A DNA stretch of 33,179 nucleotides from NCBI GenBank assembly GCA_044343785.1, contig JBIJED010000001.1, positions 1-33,179 of the forward strand, written 5' to 3'. Positions 1 to 8,826 of this stretch are shown piece after piece. How positions within the stretch are numbered: position 1 is the first letter of the stretch; each line of letters starts with the position of its first letter. The DNA comes from Azospirillales bacterium (lineage in GTDB: Bacteria > Pseudomonadota > Alphaproteobacteria > Azospirillales > Azospirillaceae). The position numbers and the translations under genes are program-made. The notes below the pieces were generated by a model. That model searched no databases. It was not told where the DNA came from and saw nothing but the letters and a program-made list of their open reading frames with translations.

Positions 1-474
1 GTCCTCGTCGGCCACGCCGGGGGTCGCGAGCCACCGCCGGACGAACAGCATCCGGTCGGGCGTCAGTCCGGTTTCCTCGATCGTCTCGCGCCGCGCCGCC
101 TCCTCGATCGTCTCCCCCTCGTCGACCAGGCCGGCCACGCACTCGATCAGCCGCGGTTCCTCGCGGCCCGCCAGGTGGGCGGCGATCCGCAGCTGCCGGA
201 CGAAGACGACGGCGTCCCGGACGGGATCGTAGGGGACCACGACGACCACGAGGCCGAGATGGAGGATCTCGCGCGCGAGCTCGTCGCTCCAGCTGCCGTC
301 GAAGCGTCGGTGGCGGAAGCGATGCAGGCGAACCGGCAGGAATCCCTCGTGAAGGGTCTCCGGCGGCGCGGTCGTGACGATGTCGGCGCCCAAGTCGTTC
401 TCCCCGCGGCGGGATCGTTCCGATCCGCTGTCCCGTTCCCCCCGATCATGGAGACGGGCGGAGGACTTGACCAT
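1..474 (-). CDS. Nudix hydrolase, ADP-ribose pyrophosphatase (NudF)-like; 3' end (C-terminus) lies outside the window
   Basis: It is absent from the ORF track because it runs off the window edge. My minus-strand translation (frame with a codon at nt 1-3) reads MVKSSARLHD...VVPYDPVRDAVVFVRQLRIAAHLAGREEPRLIECVAGLVDEGETIEEAARRETIEETGLTPDRMLFVRRWLATPGVADED. The Nudix box GX5EX7REUXEEXGU is intact (GLVDEGE-TIEEAAR-RETIEETGL). ATG at 474-472. Confidence 0.8.
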   Translation of the reverse strand, partial: MVKSSARLHDRGERDSGSERSRRGENDLGADIVTTAPPETLHEGFLPVRLHRFRHRRFDGSWSDELAREILHLGLVVVVVPYDPVRDAVVFVRQLRIAAHLAGREEPRLIECVAGLVDEGETIEEAARRETIEETGLTPDRMLFVRRWLATPGVADED

Positions 475-538
475 GGGTATCGGATGCGACGACCGGCGCG
501 ATCCACACCGAGGCCGCGGACGGATCGCCGCCCGGCCC

Positions 539-745
539 TCAGGGTCTGGGCAGAAGCGGCAGGACGAGGGCGCGCGTGTTCGGGTGGCCCACGTCGCGAC
601 CGGCCGGGACGCCGTCCGCGACCATCAGCGACACGACGATCTCCAGAAGGCCGGCGAGGACGAGGGCGGCGGCGACCGCGAGGGCGACGAGCGTCCAGCG
701 CGGGCGGCGACGCGATATCCGTGTCTGCGTGGCGCTGTCGCCCAT
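539..745 (-). CDS. Hypothetical small membrane protein (68 aa, one predicted TM helix)
   Basis: Second ATG of ORF 539..760, preceded by GGAGGGG 5-11 nt upstream. Third codon positions are almost all G/C, like the real genes here. Hydrophobic stretch WTLVALAVAAALVLAGLLEIVVSLMV. I recognise no homology. Confidence 0.4.
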   Translation of the reverse strand: MGDSATQTRISRRRPRWTLVALAVAAALVLAGLLEIVVSLMVADGVPAGRDVGHPNTRALVLPLLPRP

Positions 746-871
746 GCCACCCCTCCCCATCTGCGTCAGGAAGGGGACAGCCTAGGCCCGCGGGAACGTG
801 GAGGGGTCGTGCGCAAACGCGTTGCCGCGGAAGGGTTTCCGCGGGACGGGCGTCGCAGGAGGAGGAAAAAG

Positions 872-946
872 TGGCTCCGGGGGTCGGATTCGAACCGACG
901 ACCGAGCGGTTAACAGCCGCTAGCTCTACCGCTGAGCTACCCCGGA
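872..946 (-). tRNA. tRNA-Asn (anticodon GTT), CCA encoded
   Basis: The reverse complement TCCGGGGTAGCTCAGCGGTAGAGCTAGCGGCTGTTAACCGCTCGGTCGTCGGTTCGAATCCGACCCCCGGAGCCA folds as a cloverleaf. Acceptor TCCGGGG/CCCCGGA, D stem GCTC/GAGC, anticodon stem AGCGG/CCGCT with loop CTGTTAA, T stem GTCGG/CCGAC. Confidence 0.95.
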
Positions 947-976
947 ACACCACGCGGACGACGGTCGGGCACCGAG

Positions 977-1050
977 TGGAGGCACGGGGCGGAATCGAAC
1001 CGCCGTACGCGGATTTGCAGTCCGCTGCATGACCACTCTGCCACCGCGCC
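977..1050 (-). tRNA. tRNA-Cys (anticodon GCA), CCA encoded
   Basis: Reverse complement GGCGCGGTGGCAGAGTGGTCATGCAGCGGACTGCAAATCCGCGTACGGCGGTTCGATTCCGCCCCGTGCCTCCA. Anticodon stem GCGGA/TCCGC with loop CTGCAAA, T arm GGCGG-TTCGATT-CCGCC, acceptor with one G-T wobble. Confidence 0.95.
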
Positions 1051-1203
1051 GAACGCCGTCAGCGGCGCGTGTCATAGCGGCGGTCCAAGCACGGGTCAAG
1101 CGCCGCGCTCGTCCGTCCGGACGATTTGCGCGCCGGCCCCGCCCGGGCGGGGGCCGCGAGGCCGGGACCGCCGGTCGCCGCAACGCCGTGCCGCGTCGCA
1201 ACA

Positions 1204-1232
1204 TTGTCAGTCGACGGGAGTAGGGATATAAG
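1204..1232 (+). promoter_or_regulatory. Possible sigma70-type promoter for pcm (TTGTCA-N17-TATAAG)
   Basis: TTGTCA at 1204-1209 and TATAAG at 1227-1232, about 55 nt upstream of the pcm ATG. Pattern match only. Confidence 0.3.
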
Positions 1233-1286
1233 CACGAGGAGAAAATCCGCGCCGTCTCTCGCCGATCGACCGGGGTCGCACGCAGC

Positions 1287-1943
1287 ATGACCGAGTTCGC
1301 AGCCGCCCGCATCAACATGGTCGAGGGGCAGATCCGCCCGAACAAGGTCACCGATCCCGCGATCGTCGACGCGTTCCTGGCGGTCCCCCGCGAACGGTTC
1401 GTCCCGGGTCCGGCGCGCGCGATCGCCTATGTCGACGAGGACATCCCGGTGGGATCGGGCCGGTTCCTGACCGAGCCGATGGTCCTCGCCCGCATGATCC
1501 AGGAGGCCCGCGTCGCGCCGGCGGACAAGGTGCTCCTCGTCGGTGCGGGCACCGGCTACGCCTGCGCGGTGCTCGCCAGGATCGCCGGTGAGGTCGTCGG
1601 CGTCGAAGCGGACCGTGCGCTGGCCGACCGGGCGCGCTCGGCCCTCGGTGACCTCGGCGCGACGGACGTGATCGTGGTCGACGGTTCGCTGCCCGCAGGC
1701 GCGCCCGATCGCGCGCCGTTCGACGTGGTGCTGATCGACGGTGCGGTGGCGGAGGTTCCGCCGTCCCTGCTCGCCCAGGTCGGCGAAGGCGGGCGCCTCG
1801 TCGCCGTCGTGGCCCCGCAGGGACGGTTCGGTCAGGCCGTCCTGTTCGAGCGGCGGGGCGGCGTCGCGTCGCCGCGCGTCCTCTTCGATGCCGGAACCCC
1901 GCTTCTGCCGGGATTCGAGCCGGTCGCTGGTTTCCAGTTCTGA
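1287..1943 (+). CDS. pcm: Protein-L-isoaspartate O-methyltransferase
   Basis: 218-aa ORF with the SAM-binding motif VLLVGAGTGYACAVLA. The N-terminus ARINMVEGQIRPNKVTDPAIVDAFLAVPRERFVP is typical of the alphaproteobacterial pcm found next to tolC. Confidence 0.9.
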   Translation: MTEFAAARINMVEGQIRPNKVTDPAIVDAFLAVPRERFVPGPARAIAYVDEDIPVGSGRFLTEPMVLARMIQEARVAPADKVLLVGAGTGYACAVLARIAGEVVGVEADRALADRARSALGDLGATDVIVVDGSLPAGAPDRAPFDVVLIDGAVAEVPPSLLAQVGEGGRLVAVVAPQGRFGQAVLFERRGGVASPRVLFDAGTPLLPGFEPVAGFQF

Positions 1944-1998
1944 ACGGGGCCGCCCCCGTCCGCGGGTCCCCGCGTTTTCCTCGTCTGGAGGTCGAGTC

Positions 1999-3396
1999 AT
2001 GTCTGGATGTCGGGTCATGGTTGTCACGAGGCGTGGATTTCCAGCGGCGATCACCGGTCGGGGACTGATCGTTCCCGCCATCCTCGCCGCCCTGGGACTG
2101 GCGGCGCCCGCAACGGCCCAGACGCTGCAGGAGGCCCTGGCGCAGGCCTACACGGCCAATCCGCAGCTCGAGGCCCAGCGCGCGGCGCTCCGCGCGGCCG
2201 ACGAACAGGTTCCTCAGGCGCTCTCGAACTACCGGCCGACGGTGGAAGGGACCGCCTCCATCGGTACCGCCGAGACCGACGTGTCCGGCGCGGCCGGGGC
2301 GGGCAACAACGGCGCAAGGACGTCGCAGCCCCGCTCGCTCGGCATCGCGGTGACCCAGCCGATCTATCGCGGCGGCCGGACCGCCGCGCAGGTGAGCCGT
2401 GCCGAAAACGTCGTCCAGGCAAGCCGGGCCCAGCTGTTCGCGACCGAGCAGACGATCCTTCTCAGCGCGGCGACGGCCTATTTCGACGTCGTCCGCGATC
2501 AGGCGACGCTGGAGCTGAACACCAGCAACGAGCAGGTGATCGGTCGCCAGCTCGAGGCGACCCGGGACCGTTTCCGGGTGGGAGAGGTGACGCGGACCGA
2601 CGTCAGCCAGGCGGAATCCCGCCTCGCGGGCGCGACGTCGAACCGGATTCTCTCCGAGGGCAATCTCGCATCGAGCCGCGCGGTCTACGCCCGCATCGTG
2701 GGGTCGACGCCGGGCCGGCTCACGCAGCCCCGGCCCACCTTCTCCCTGCCTGCCTCGATGCAGGAGACGATCGACCTCGCCGTCGCGGCGAACCCGTCCA
2801 TCGTCTCCTCGCAGTTCACCGAGGCCGCGGCGCGGGACGCGATCGATCAGGTGCGGGGTGAGGTGCTCCCGTCGGTCAGCCTCCGTGGCAGCCTGCAGCG
2901 CGGTCTCGAAACGTCGCCGAACGCATTCCGGACCGATGCCGCATCGGTGACCGCGCAGCTGACGGTGCCCCTCTATCAGGCGGGCGCGGTGGCGTCGCGC
3001 GTCCGTGAGGCGACGCAGACGGCCGGCCAGCGGCGCATCGAGATCGATCAGGCGCGCACGCAGACGATCGAGACGGCGATTCGGGCGTGGCAGGCATTGA
3101 CCACCTCGCGCGCAAGCATCCAGTCGCGACAGGCCCAGGTGAGGGCGGCGGAGATCGCGCTCGAAGGGGTGCGGCAGGAAGCGACGGTGGGGTCGCGCAC
3201 CACTCTCGATGTGCTCGACGCCGAACAGGAGCTTCTCAACGCCAGGGTGGGTCTTGTACAATCACAGCGCGACGAACTCGTGGCGGCGTTCCAAATCCTC
3301 GCGGCAACGGGCCAGCTCGGCGCGCGGCAACTCAACCTGCCGGTGCAGGCGTACGACGTTGAAGAGAACTACCGTTCCGTTCGGGATCGGTGGTAG
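1999..3396 (+). CDS. tolC: TolC-family outer-membrane efflux protein
   Basis: In-frame ATG at 1999 within ORF 1741..3396. Signal peptide ...LAALGLAAPATAQ followed by TLQEALAQAYTANPQLEAQRAAL. Two TolC repeat halves (YRPTV..., LPSVSLRGS...). The earlier part of the ORF overlaps pcm and is Arg/Pro/Ser-rich junk. Confidence 0.9.
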   Translation: MSGCRVMVVTRRGFPAAITGRGLIVPAILAALGLAAPATAQTLQEALAQAYTANPQLEAQRAALRAADEQVPQALSNYRPTVEGTASIGTAETDVSGAAGAGNNGARTSQPRSLGIAVTQPIYRGGRTAAQVSRAENVVQASRAQLFATEQTILLSAATAYFDVVRDQATLELNTSNEQVIGRQLEATRDRFRVGEVTRTDVSQAESRLAGATSNRILSEGNLASSRAVYARIVGSTPGRLTQPRPTFSLPASMQETIDLAVAANPSIVSSQFTEAAARDAIDQVRGEVLPSVSLRGSLQRGLETSPNAFRTDAASVTAQLTVPLYQAGAVASRVREATQTAGQRRIEIDQARTQTIETAIRAWQALTTSRASIQSRQAQVRAAEIALEGVRQEATVGSRTTLDVLDAEQELLNARVGLVQSQRDELVAAFQILAATGQLGARQLNLPVQAYDVEENYRSVRDRW

Positions 3397-3495
3397 AAAT
3401 ATCGCCGTATGAAGGTACCGACCGTACACTTTCGGGTTGGCGGTCCGTAGGGTCGCTGTTATGGGTTTTCGGGGCGGGGAAGAACAAGGGTAGCT

Positions 3496-4044
3496 ATGAG
3501 CGATCAACGGTCCCAGCAAGAGCCCTCGATGGAGGAGATCCTTGCGTCCATCCGTCGGATCATCTCCGAGGATGGTGACGGCAACGACGTCGCCCCCGCG
3601 CCGGCGCCCGCCCCGGCCGCCGCAAAGCCCGCCGTCGTCGAGGCGCCGCCGAAGCCAGTCGACGACGACGTCCTCGAATTGACGAACATGGTGCCGGAGG
3701 AGCCGTCCTTCGCGCCGGAACCGTCATGGTCCGACCCCGTTCCCGAACCGCCGCCTCCCCGGCCGGCTTCCCGGCCGGCCCCGACCGCCTACGTCGACGA
3801 CGACAGCCTCATTTCCCCGCAGCCGGCCGCTCAGGCCGCCGCGCACTTCGCCCAGATGTACTCCAACGCCGGCATCGAGAAGGCGTGGCCGCTGGGCAAC
3901 CACATCCGTACCGTCGAGGATGTGGTGAAGGACCTTCTCCGCCCGCTCCTGAAGGAGTGGCTGGACGAGAACCTGCCGTCGCTCGTCGAGCGGCTCGTAC
4001 AGCGGGAACTCGACCGGATGGGGCGCCGCGCCGGCTACGAGTGA
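3496..4044 (+). CDS. popZ: PopZ-like pole-organizing protein (DUF2497)
   Basis: The N-terminus MSDQRSQQEPSMEEILASIRRIISEDGDG closely matches the Caulobacter PopZ N-terminal helix as I remember it. It has a Pro/Ala/Glu-rich linker and the conserved C-terminal block TVEDVVKDLLRPLLKEWLDENLPSLVERLVQRELDR. Its position between tolC and valS is the usual one. Confidence 0.8.
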   Translation: MSDQRSQQEPSMEEILASIRRIISEDGDGNDVAPAPAPAPAAAKPAVVEAPPKPVDDDVLELTNMVPEEPSFAPEPSWSDPVPEPPPPRPASRPAPTAYVDDDSLISPQPAAQAAAHFAQMYSNAGIEKAWPLGNHIRTVEDVVKDLLRPLLKEWLDENLPSLVERLVQRELDRMGRRAGYE

Positions 4045-4060
4045 GCCGGACCCCGACCCG

Positions 4061-4093
4061 AAAAGCCGGGCGCCTCCAGCGCCCGGCTTTTTT
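4061..4093 (+). terminator. Rho-independent terminator after popZ
   Basis: Stem AGCCGGGCGC (4064-4073) / GCGCCCGGCT (4079-4088), 5-nt loop, then a T6 tract. An upstream A4 makes it potentially bidirectional. Confidence 0.7.
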
Positions 4094-4195
4094 GATTCCG
4101 GACCCCGCCCGTTCGAGGGTCGCCTTGCTCCGACCACCGTCACCCGCTAAATCCGCGCCTTGGGCGCAACATCGACAGAACCGGATCCTTCCGAC

Positions 4196-6838
4196 ATGCT
4201 GGACAAGACCTACGAGCCCGCCGCCGTCGAGGGACGCACCTACGAGGCCTGGGAAGCGTCGGGCGTCTTCGGCGCGCAGGTCGGATCGAACCGCGTCCCC
4301 TTCACGGTCATGATGCCGCCGCCCAACGTGACGGGCAGCCTGCACATGGGCCACGCGCTCAACATGACCCTGCAGGACGTCACGATCCGCTATCGCCGGA
4401 TGAAGGGGCACGACGCCCTCTGGCAACCCGGCACCGACCACGCGGGCATCGCCACGCAGATGGTGGTGGAGCGCCAGCTGGCCGAACAGGGCAAGAGCCG
4501 CCAGGACCTCGGCCGCGCCGCGTTCCTCGACAAGGTCTGGGAATGGAAGGCCTATTCCGGCGGGACCATCACCGGGCAGCTTCGCCGCCTGGGCGCGTCG
4601 GCCGATTGGCCGCGCGAGCGCTTCACGATGGACGAGGGGCTCAACCGCGCGGTCCGCAAGGTCTTCGTCGAACTCTACCGCCAGGGCCTGATCTACAAGG
4701 ACAAGCGGCTGGTCAACTGGGACCCGAAGCTGCACACGGCGATCTCGGACCTCGAGGTGGAGCAGCGCGAGGTGCAGGGCAGCCTGTGGCACTTCCGCTA
4801 TCCGGTCGAGGGTATGGAGGGGCGGTTCATCACCGTCGCCACCACCCGGCCGGAGACCATGCTGGGCGACACCGCGGTCGCGGTGCATCCCGACGATCCG
4901 CGCTATGCCGACCTGATCGGGCGCCACGCGGTCCTGCCCATCGTCGGCCGCCGCATCCGCATCGTCGCCGATGACTACGCGGATCCGGAGACGGGGTCGG
5001 GTGCGGTGAAGATCACGCCCGCGCACGACTTCAACGATTTCGAGGTCGGCCGCCGTCACGGGCTCGAACTCATCAACGTGTTCGACCGCGACGCCCGGCT
5101 CAACGAGAACGCGCCCGAGGCCTACCGCGGCCTCGACCGGTACGACGCGCGCAAGACGATCGTCGCGGAGATGGAGGGGCTCGGCCTCGTCGAGAAGATC
5201 GAGCCGCACGTCCACAAGGTGCCGCACGGCGACCGTTCCGGCGTGGCGATCGAGCCGTGGCTGACCGACCAGTGGTACTGCGACGCGGCCACCCTGGCGA
5301 AGCCCGCCATCGCGGCGGTCGAGGAGGGGCGGACGGTGTTCGTGCCCAGGACCTGGGAGAACACCTACTTCGAGTGGATGCGCAACATCCAGCCCTGGTG
5401 CATCAGCCGCCAGCTCTGGTGGGGCCACCAGATCCCCGCTTGGTACGACGGCGACGGCAACGTGTTCGTCGCCGAGACGGAAGCCGAGGCCCAGGCCCTC
5501 GCCCGGGCGAAGCACGGGCGGGACGTGCCGCTGGAGCGCGACGCCGACGTGCTCGACACCTGGTTCTCCTCGGCCCTCTGGCCCTTCTCCACGCTGGGAT
5601 GGCCGGACGATTTGCCCGAGGTGAAGCGCTACTATCCCGGCGACGTCCTCGTCACGGGCTTCGACATCATCTTCTTCTGGGTCGCCCGGATGATGATGAT
5701 GGGCCTGCACTTCATGGGCGACGTGCCCTTCCGCAAGGTCTACATCCACGCCCTCGTGCGCGACGAGCGCGGGCAGAAGATGTCGAAGTCGAAGGGCAAC
5801 GTCATCGACCCGCTGCAGCTGATCGACAGCTACGGTGCGGACGCGCTCCGCTTCACGATGGCGGCGCTGGCCGCCCAGGGCCGCGACGTGAAGCTCTCGG
5901 CCCAGCGTGTCGAGGGCTATCGGAACTTCGTCACCAAGGTCTGGAACGCCGCGCGGTTCGGCCAGATGAACGGCTGCGCACCGGTCGCGGGGTTCGACCC
6001 CCGCACCGTGCGCCTGACGGTCGACCGCTGGGTCATCGGCGAACTGGCCGAATGCGCGCAGCGCACGGCGCAGGCGCTGGAGGCCTTCCGCTTCAACGAC
6101 GCCGCCGGCGCCCTCTACCAGTTCCTCTGGGGCACCTTCTGCGACTGGTACATCGAGGTCTCGAAGCCGATCCTCCAGGGCGAGGACGAGGCGGCCAAGG
6201 CGGAGGTGCGCGCCACCTTCGCCTGGGTGCTCGATCGGGCCCTGCATCTCCTCCACCCGCTGATGCCGTTCGTGACGGAGGAACTCCACGCCCAGTTCCG
6301 GACCGACACGAGCTGGCTCGTCTCCTCGGCGTGGCCCGAGATCGGAGCGGACATGGTCGACGCGGACGCGGCGGCCGAGATGAACTGGGTGGTGCGGATC
6401 GTCTCCGCCGTGCGCACGGCGCGTGCCGAGGTCAACGTGCCGCCGGGCGCGCAGATCCCGCTGCGCCTGAAGGACGCGAGCCCCCTCGTCACGCAGCGCC
6501 TCGACCGCCATCGCGACCTGATCCTGCGCCTCGCCCGCCTGTCCGATGCCGGTGCTCTGGACGGCGACGTTCCGCAGGGCGCCGTCCAGGCGGTGATCGA
6601 GGATGCGACGGTGGTGCTTCCGCTGGCCGGGATCGTCGATCTCGACCAGGAGCGGGCACGGCTGCGCAAGGAGATCGCCAGGCTCGACGACGAGGTCGCG
6701 AAGATCGACCGGAAGCTCGGCAATCCGGACTTCCTGGCGCGGGCGCCGGAAGACGTGGTCGACGAGCAGAAGGCGCGGCGGGAAGAGGCGCAGGAGGTGC
6801 TGTCGCGCCTCAGGGGCGCGCTCGACCGTCTCGGCTGA
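4196..6838 (+). CDS. valS: Valine--tRNA ligase
   Basis: ATG at 4196 (MLDKTYEPAAVE...) inside ORF 4160..6838, whose listed start is TTG. Class I motifs: HIGH-like SLHMGHAL and KMSKSKGN. C-terminal coiled coil. Confidence 0.97.
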   Translation: MLDKTYEPAAVEGRTYEAWEASGVFGAQVGSNRVPFTVMMPPPNVTGSLHMGHALNMTLQDVTIRYRRMKGHDALWQPGTDHAGIATQMVVERQLAEQGKSRQDLGRAAFLDKVWEWKAYSGGTITGQLRRLGASADWPRERFTMDEGLNRAVRKVFVELYRQGLIYKDKRLVNWDPKLHTAISDLEVEQREVQGSLWHFRYPVEGMEGRFITVATTRPETMLGDTAVAVHPDDPRYADLIGRHAVLPIVGRRIRIVADDYADPETGSGAVKITPAHDFNDFEVGRRHGLELINVFDRDARLNENAPEAYRGLDRYDARKTIVAEMEGLGLVEKIEPHVHKVPHGDRSGVAIEPWLTDQWYCDAATLAKPAIAAVEEGRTVFVPRTWENTYFEWMRNIQPWCISRQLWWGHQIPAWYDGDGNVFVAETEAEAQALARAKHGRDVPLERDADVLDTWFSSALWPFSTLGWPDDLPEVKRYYPGDVLVTGFDIIFFWVARMMMMGLHFMGDVPFRKVYIHALVRDERGQKMSKSKGNVIDPLQLIDSYGADALRFTMAALAAQGRDVKLSAQRVEGYRNFVTKVWNAARFGQMNGCAPVAGFDPRTVRLTVDRWVIGELAECAQRTAQALEAFRFNDAAGALYQFLWGTFCDWYIEVSKPILQGEDEAAKAEVRATFAWVLDRALHLLHPLMPFVTEELHAQFRTDTSWLVSSAWPEIGADMVDADAAAEMNWVVRIVSAVRTARAEVNVPPGAQIPLRLKDASPLVTQRLDRHRDLILRLARLSDAGALDGDVPQGAVQAVIEDATVVLPLAGIVDLDQERARLRKEIARLDDEVAKIDRKLGNPDFLARAPEDVVDEQKARREEAQEVLSRLRGALDRLG

Positions 6839-6846
6839 CGGTCCGC

Positions 6847-6880
6847 GTCCCCCCGCCCGGCGCGTGCCGGGCGGGGGGAC
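6847..6880. terminator. 15-bp perfect GC hairpin between convergent valS and aapP (bidirectional terminator candidate)
   Basis: GTCCCCCCGCCCGGC (6847-6861), loop GCGT, GCCGGGCGGGGGGAC (6866-6880). No U-tract on either side. Confidence 0.6.
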
Positions 6881-6886
6881 GGACGG

Positions 6887-7654
6887 TCAGTGCAGGATCT
6901 GCGAGAGGAACAGCTTGGTCCGCTCGGACTGCGGGTTCGAAAAGAAGAGTTCGGGGACGTTCTGTTCCACGATCTCGCCCCGGTCCATGAAGATCACCCG
7001 GTCGGCGACCTGCCGGGCGAAGCCCATCTCGTGCGTGACGCAGAGCATGGTCATCCCCTCGCCCGCGAGGCTGACCATCACGTCCAGCACCTCCTTGACC
7101 ATTTCGGGATCGAGGGCCGAGGTGGGCTCGTCGAACAGCATGACCTTGGGGTTCATGCAAAGCGCGCGGGCGATGGCGACGCGCTGCTGCTGACCGCCCG
7201 AGAGCTGTCCGGGATACTTGTTCGCCTGCTCCGGGATGCGCACGCGCTCCAGGAACCGCATGGCGACCGCCTCGGCGTCCTTCTTCGGCATCTTGCGGAC
7301 CCAGATGGGCGCCAGCGTGCAGTTCTCCAGCACGGTCAGGTGCGGGAACAGGTTGAAGGACTGGAACACCATCCCGACCTCGCGGCGGACGGCGTCGATG
7401 TTCTTCAGGTTCCCGGTCAGCTCGATCCCGTCGACGACGATCTGCCCCTTCTGGTGTTCCTCCAGACGGTTGATGCAGCGGATGAGCGTCGACTTGCCGG
7501 ACCCGGACGGGCCGCAGATGACGATCCGTTCGCCCCGGGTGACGGTGAGGTTGATGTCGCGCAGCACGTGGAACTCGCCGTACCACTTGTGCATGCCGGC
7601 GATCTGGATGAACTCGGGCTGGCCCTGGGCCGGGCCGACGGCGGCGTTTGTCAT
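6887..7654 (-). CDS. aapP: General L-amino acid ABC transporter, ATP-binding protein
   Basis: 255 aa. Walker [10 protein letters not shown], signature [15 protein letters not shown], Walker [12 protein letters not shown]. Polar amino-acid (PAAT) family. Last gene of the aapJQMP-type operon. Confidence 0.92.
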   Translation of the reverse strand: MTNAAVGPAQGQPEFIQIAGMHKWYGEFHVLRDINLTVTRGERIVICGPSGSGKSTLIRCINRLEEHQKGQIVVDGIELTGNLKNIDAVRREVGMVFQSFNLFPHLTVLENCTLAPIWVRKMPKKDAEAVAMRFLERVRIPEQANKYPGQLSGGQQQRVAIARALCMNPKVMLFDEPTSALDPEMVKEVLDVMVSLAGEGMTMLCVTHEMGFARQVADRVIFMDRGEIVEQNVPELFFSNPQSERTKLFLSQILH

Positions 7655-7688
7655 GTGATCGGATCCCTGTTCGTCGTCTGGCCGGGCC

Positions 7689-8822
7689 TCAGCGCCGCAT
7701 TCCGCGGTTGAGGTCGACTTCGAGTTTCTGGCTGTACTTGGACATGGCGAAGCAGAAGAAGAAGTAGAGGGTCGCGACCGCGATGTAGGCCTCGACGCCG
7801 AAGCCCTGCCAAGCGGGCTCGATGATCGACGTCTTCGCCGCGTTCAGGATGTCGTAGATGCCGATGATCAGCACCAGCGAGGTGTCCTTGAACATGCCGA
7901 TGAAGGTGTTGACCATCGGCGGGATCACGATGCGCAGCGCCTGGGGCAGGATGATGAACAGCGTCTTGTTCCAGTAGGAGAGGCCGAGCGCGTCGGCCGC
8001 CTCCCCCTGTCCCTTCGGGATCGCCTGCAGCCCGCCGCGGATGACCTCCGCCAGATAGGCGGCGGCGAACAGGATGATGGCGACCTGCGCCCGAAGCAGC
8101 TTGTCGATGTTCAGCCCGTCCGGAAGGAACAGCGGGAACATCACCGACGCCATGAAGAGGATGCTGATCAGCGGCACGCCGCGGATCAGCTCGATGAAGA
8201 CCACGCAGAGCGCCTTGATCGCCGGCATCCCCGTCGACCGCCGGCCGAGCGCCAGCAGGATGGCGAGCGGGAAGGCGCCCACGATGCCGAAGGTCGACAG
8301 GATCAGCGTGATCGGGAGGCCACCCCAGCGCTCCTGGCTGACGTACGCGAGGCCGAGGACGCCGCCCCACATCAGCACGCCGATGGCGGTCAGGCCCCCG
8401 GCCCAGATCGCCATGAGCCACCGGTTCCAGAACCGCTTCATCGCGCTCACCACGTAGAGCGCGATGAAGAGGACGCAGGCGAGCAGCGGCCGCCACTGTT
8501 CGTCGTAGGTGTAGGTGCCGAACAGGATGAAGCGGTGCTTCTCGTTGATCAGGGCCCAGCAGGCCCCGATGCCGCGCGCCTCGCGGCAGGCCGCGGTGTT
8601 GTTGCCGGGCACCGACCAGATCGCGTTCACGAACGCCCAGTCCACGAAGCCGGTGATCCAGCGGACGAGGAAATAGGCGAGCAGCAGCGTGACGGCCGTG
8701 TTGAGCCAGCTGGAGAACAGGTTCTCGCGCATCCAGCCGACGATCCCGCGCTGGGAGCGGGGGGGGAGCAGGTCGGCGGCGCCGGTCCGCAGGTTGGGTC
8801 CGGGAGAGCTCATCGTGGTCAT
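7689..8822 (-). CDS. aapM: General L-amino acid ABC transporter permease
   Basis: 377-aa polytopic membrane protein with the long N-terminal extension typical of AapM/BztC and the EAA-like loop [24 protein letters not shown]. Confidence 0.9.
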   Translation of the reverse strand: MTTMSSPGPNLRTGAADLLPPRSQRGIVGWMRENLFSSWLNTAVTLLLAYFLVRWITGFVDWAFVNAIWSVPGNNTAACREARGIGACWALINEKHRFILFGTYTYDEQWRPLLACVLFIALYVVSAMKRFWNRWLMAIWAGGLTAIGVLMWGGVLGLAYVSQERWGGLPITLILSTFGIVGAFPLAILLALGRRSTGMPAIKALCVVFIELIRGVPLISILFMASVMFPLFLPDGLNIDKLLRAQVAIILFAAAYLAEVIRGGLQAIPKGQGEAADALGLSYWNKTLFIILPQALRIVIPPMVNTFIGMFKDTSLVLIIGIYDILNAAKTSIIEPAWQGFGVEAYIAVATLYFFFCFAMSKYSQKLEVDLNRGMRR

Positions 8823-8826
8823 GGCG

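Noticed and set aside
3809-6511. Very long ORFs antisense to or overlapping real genes. Examples: 3809..6511 (900 aa, antisense to valS), 1348..3261 (antisense to tolC), 14325..16349 (antisense to secD), 8689..10107, 10104..11333, 11317..12561, 5257..6990, 26359..27726 and 26640..27971.
   Set aside because: Their translations are Arg/Pro/Gly/Ala/Asp-rich low-complexity strings with no recognisable domains. Each overlaps a gene with unmistakable family signatures. Long stop-free antisense frames are expected in GC-rich DNA.
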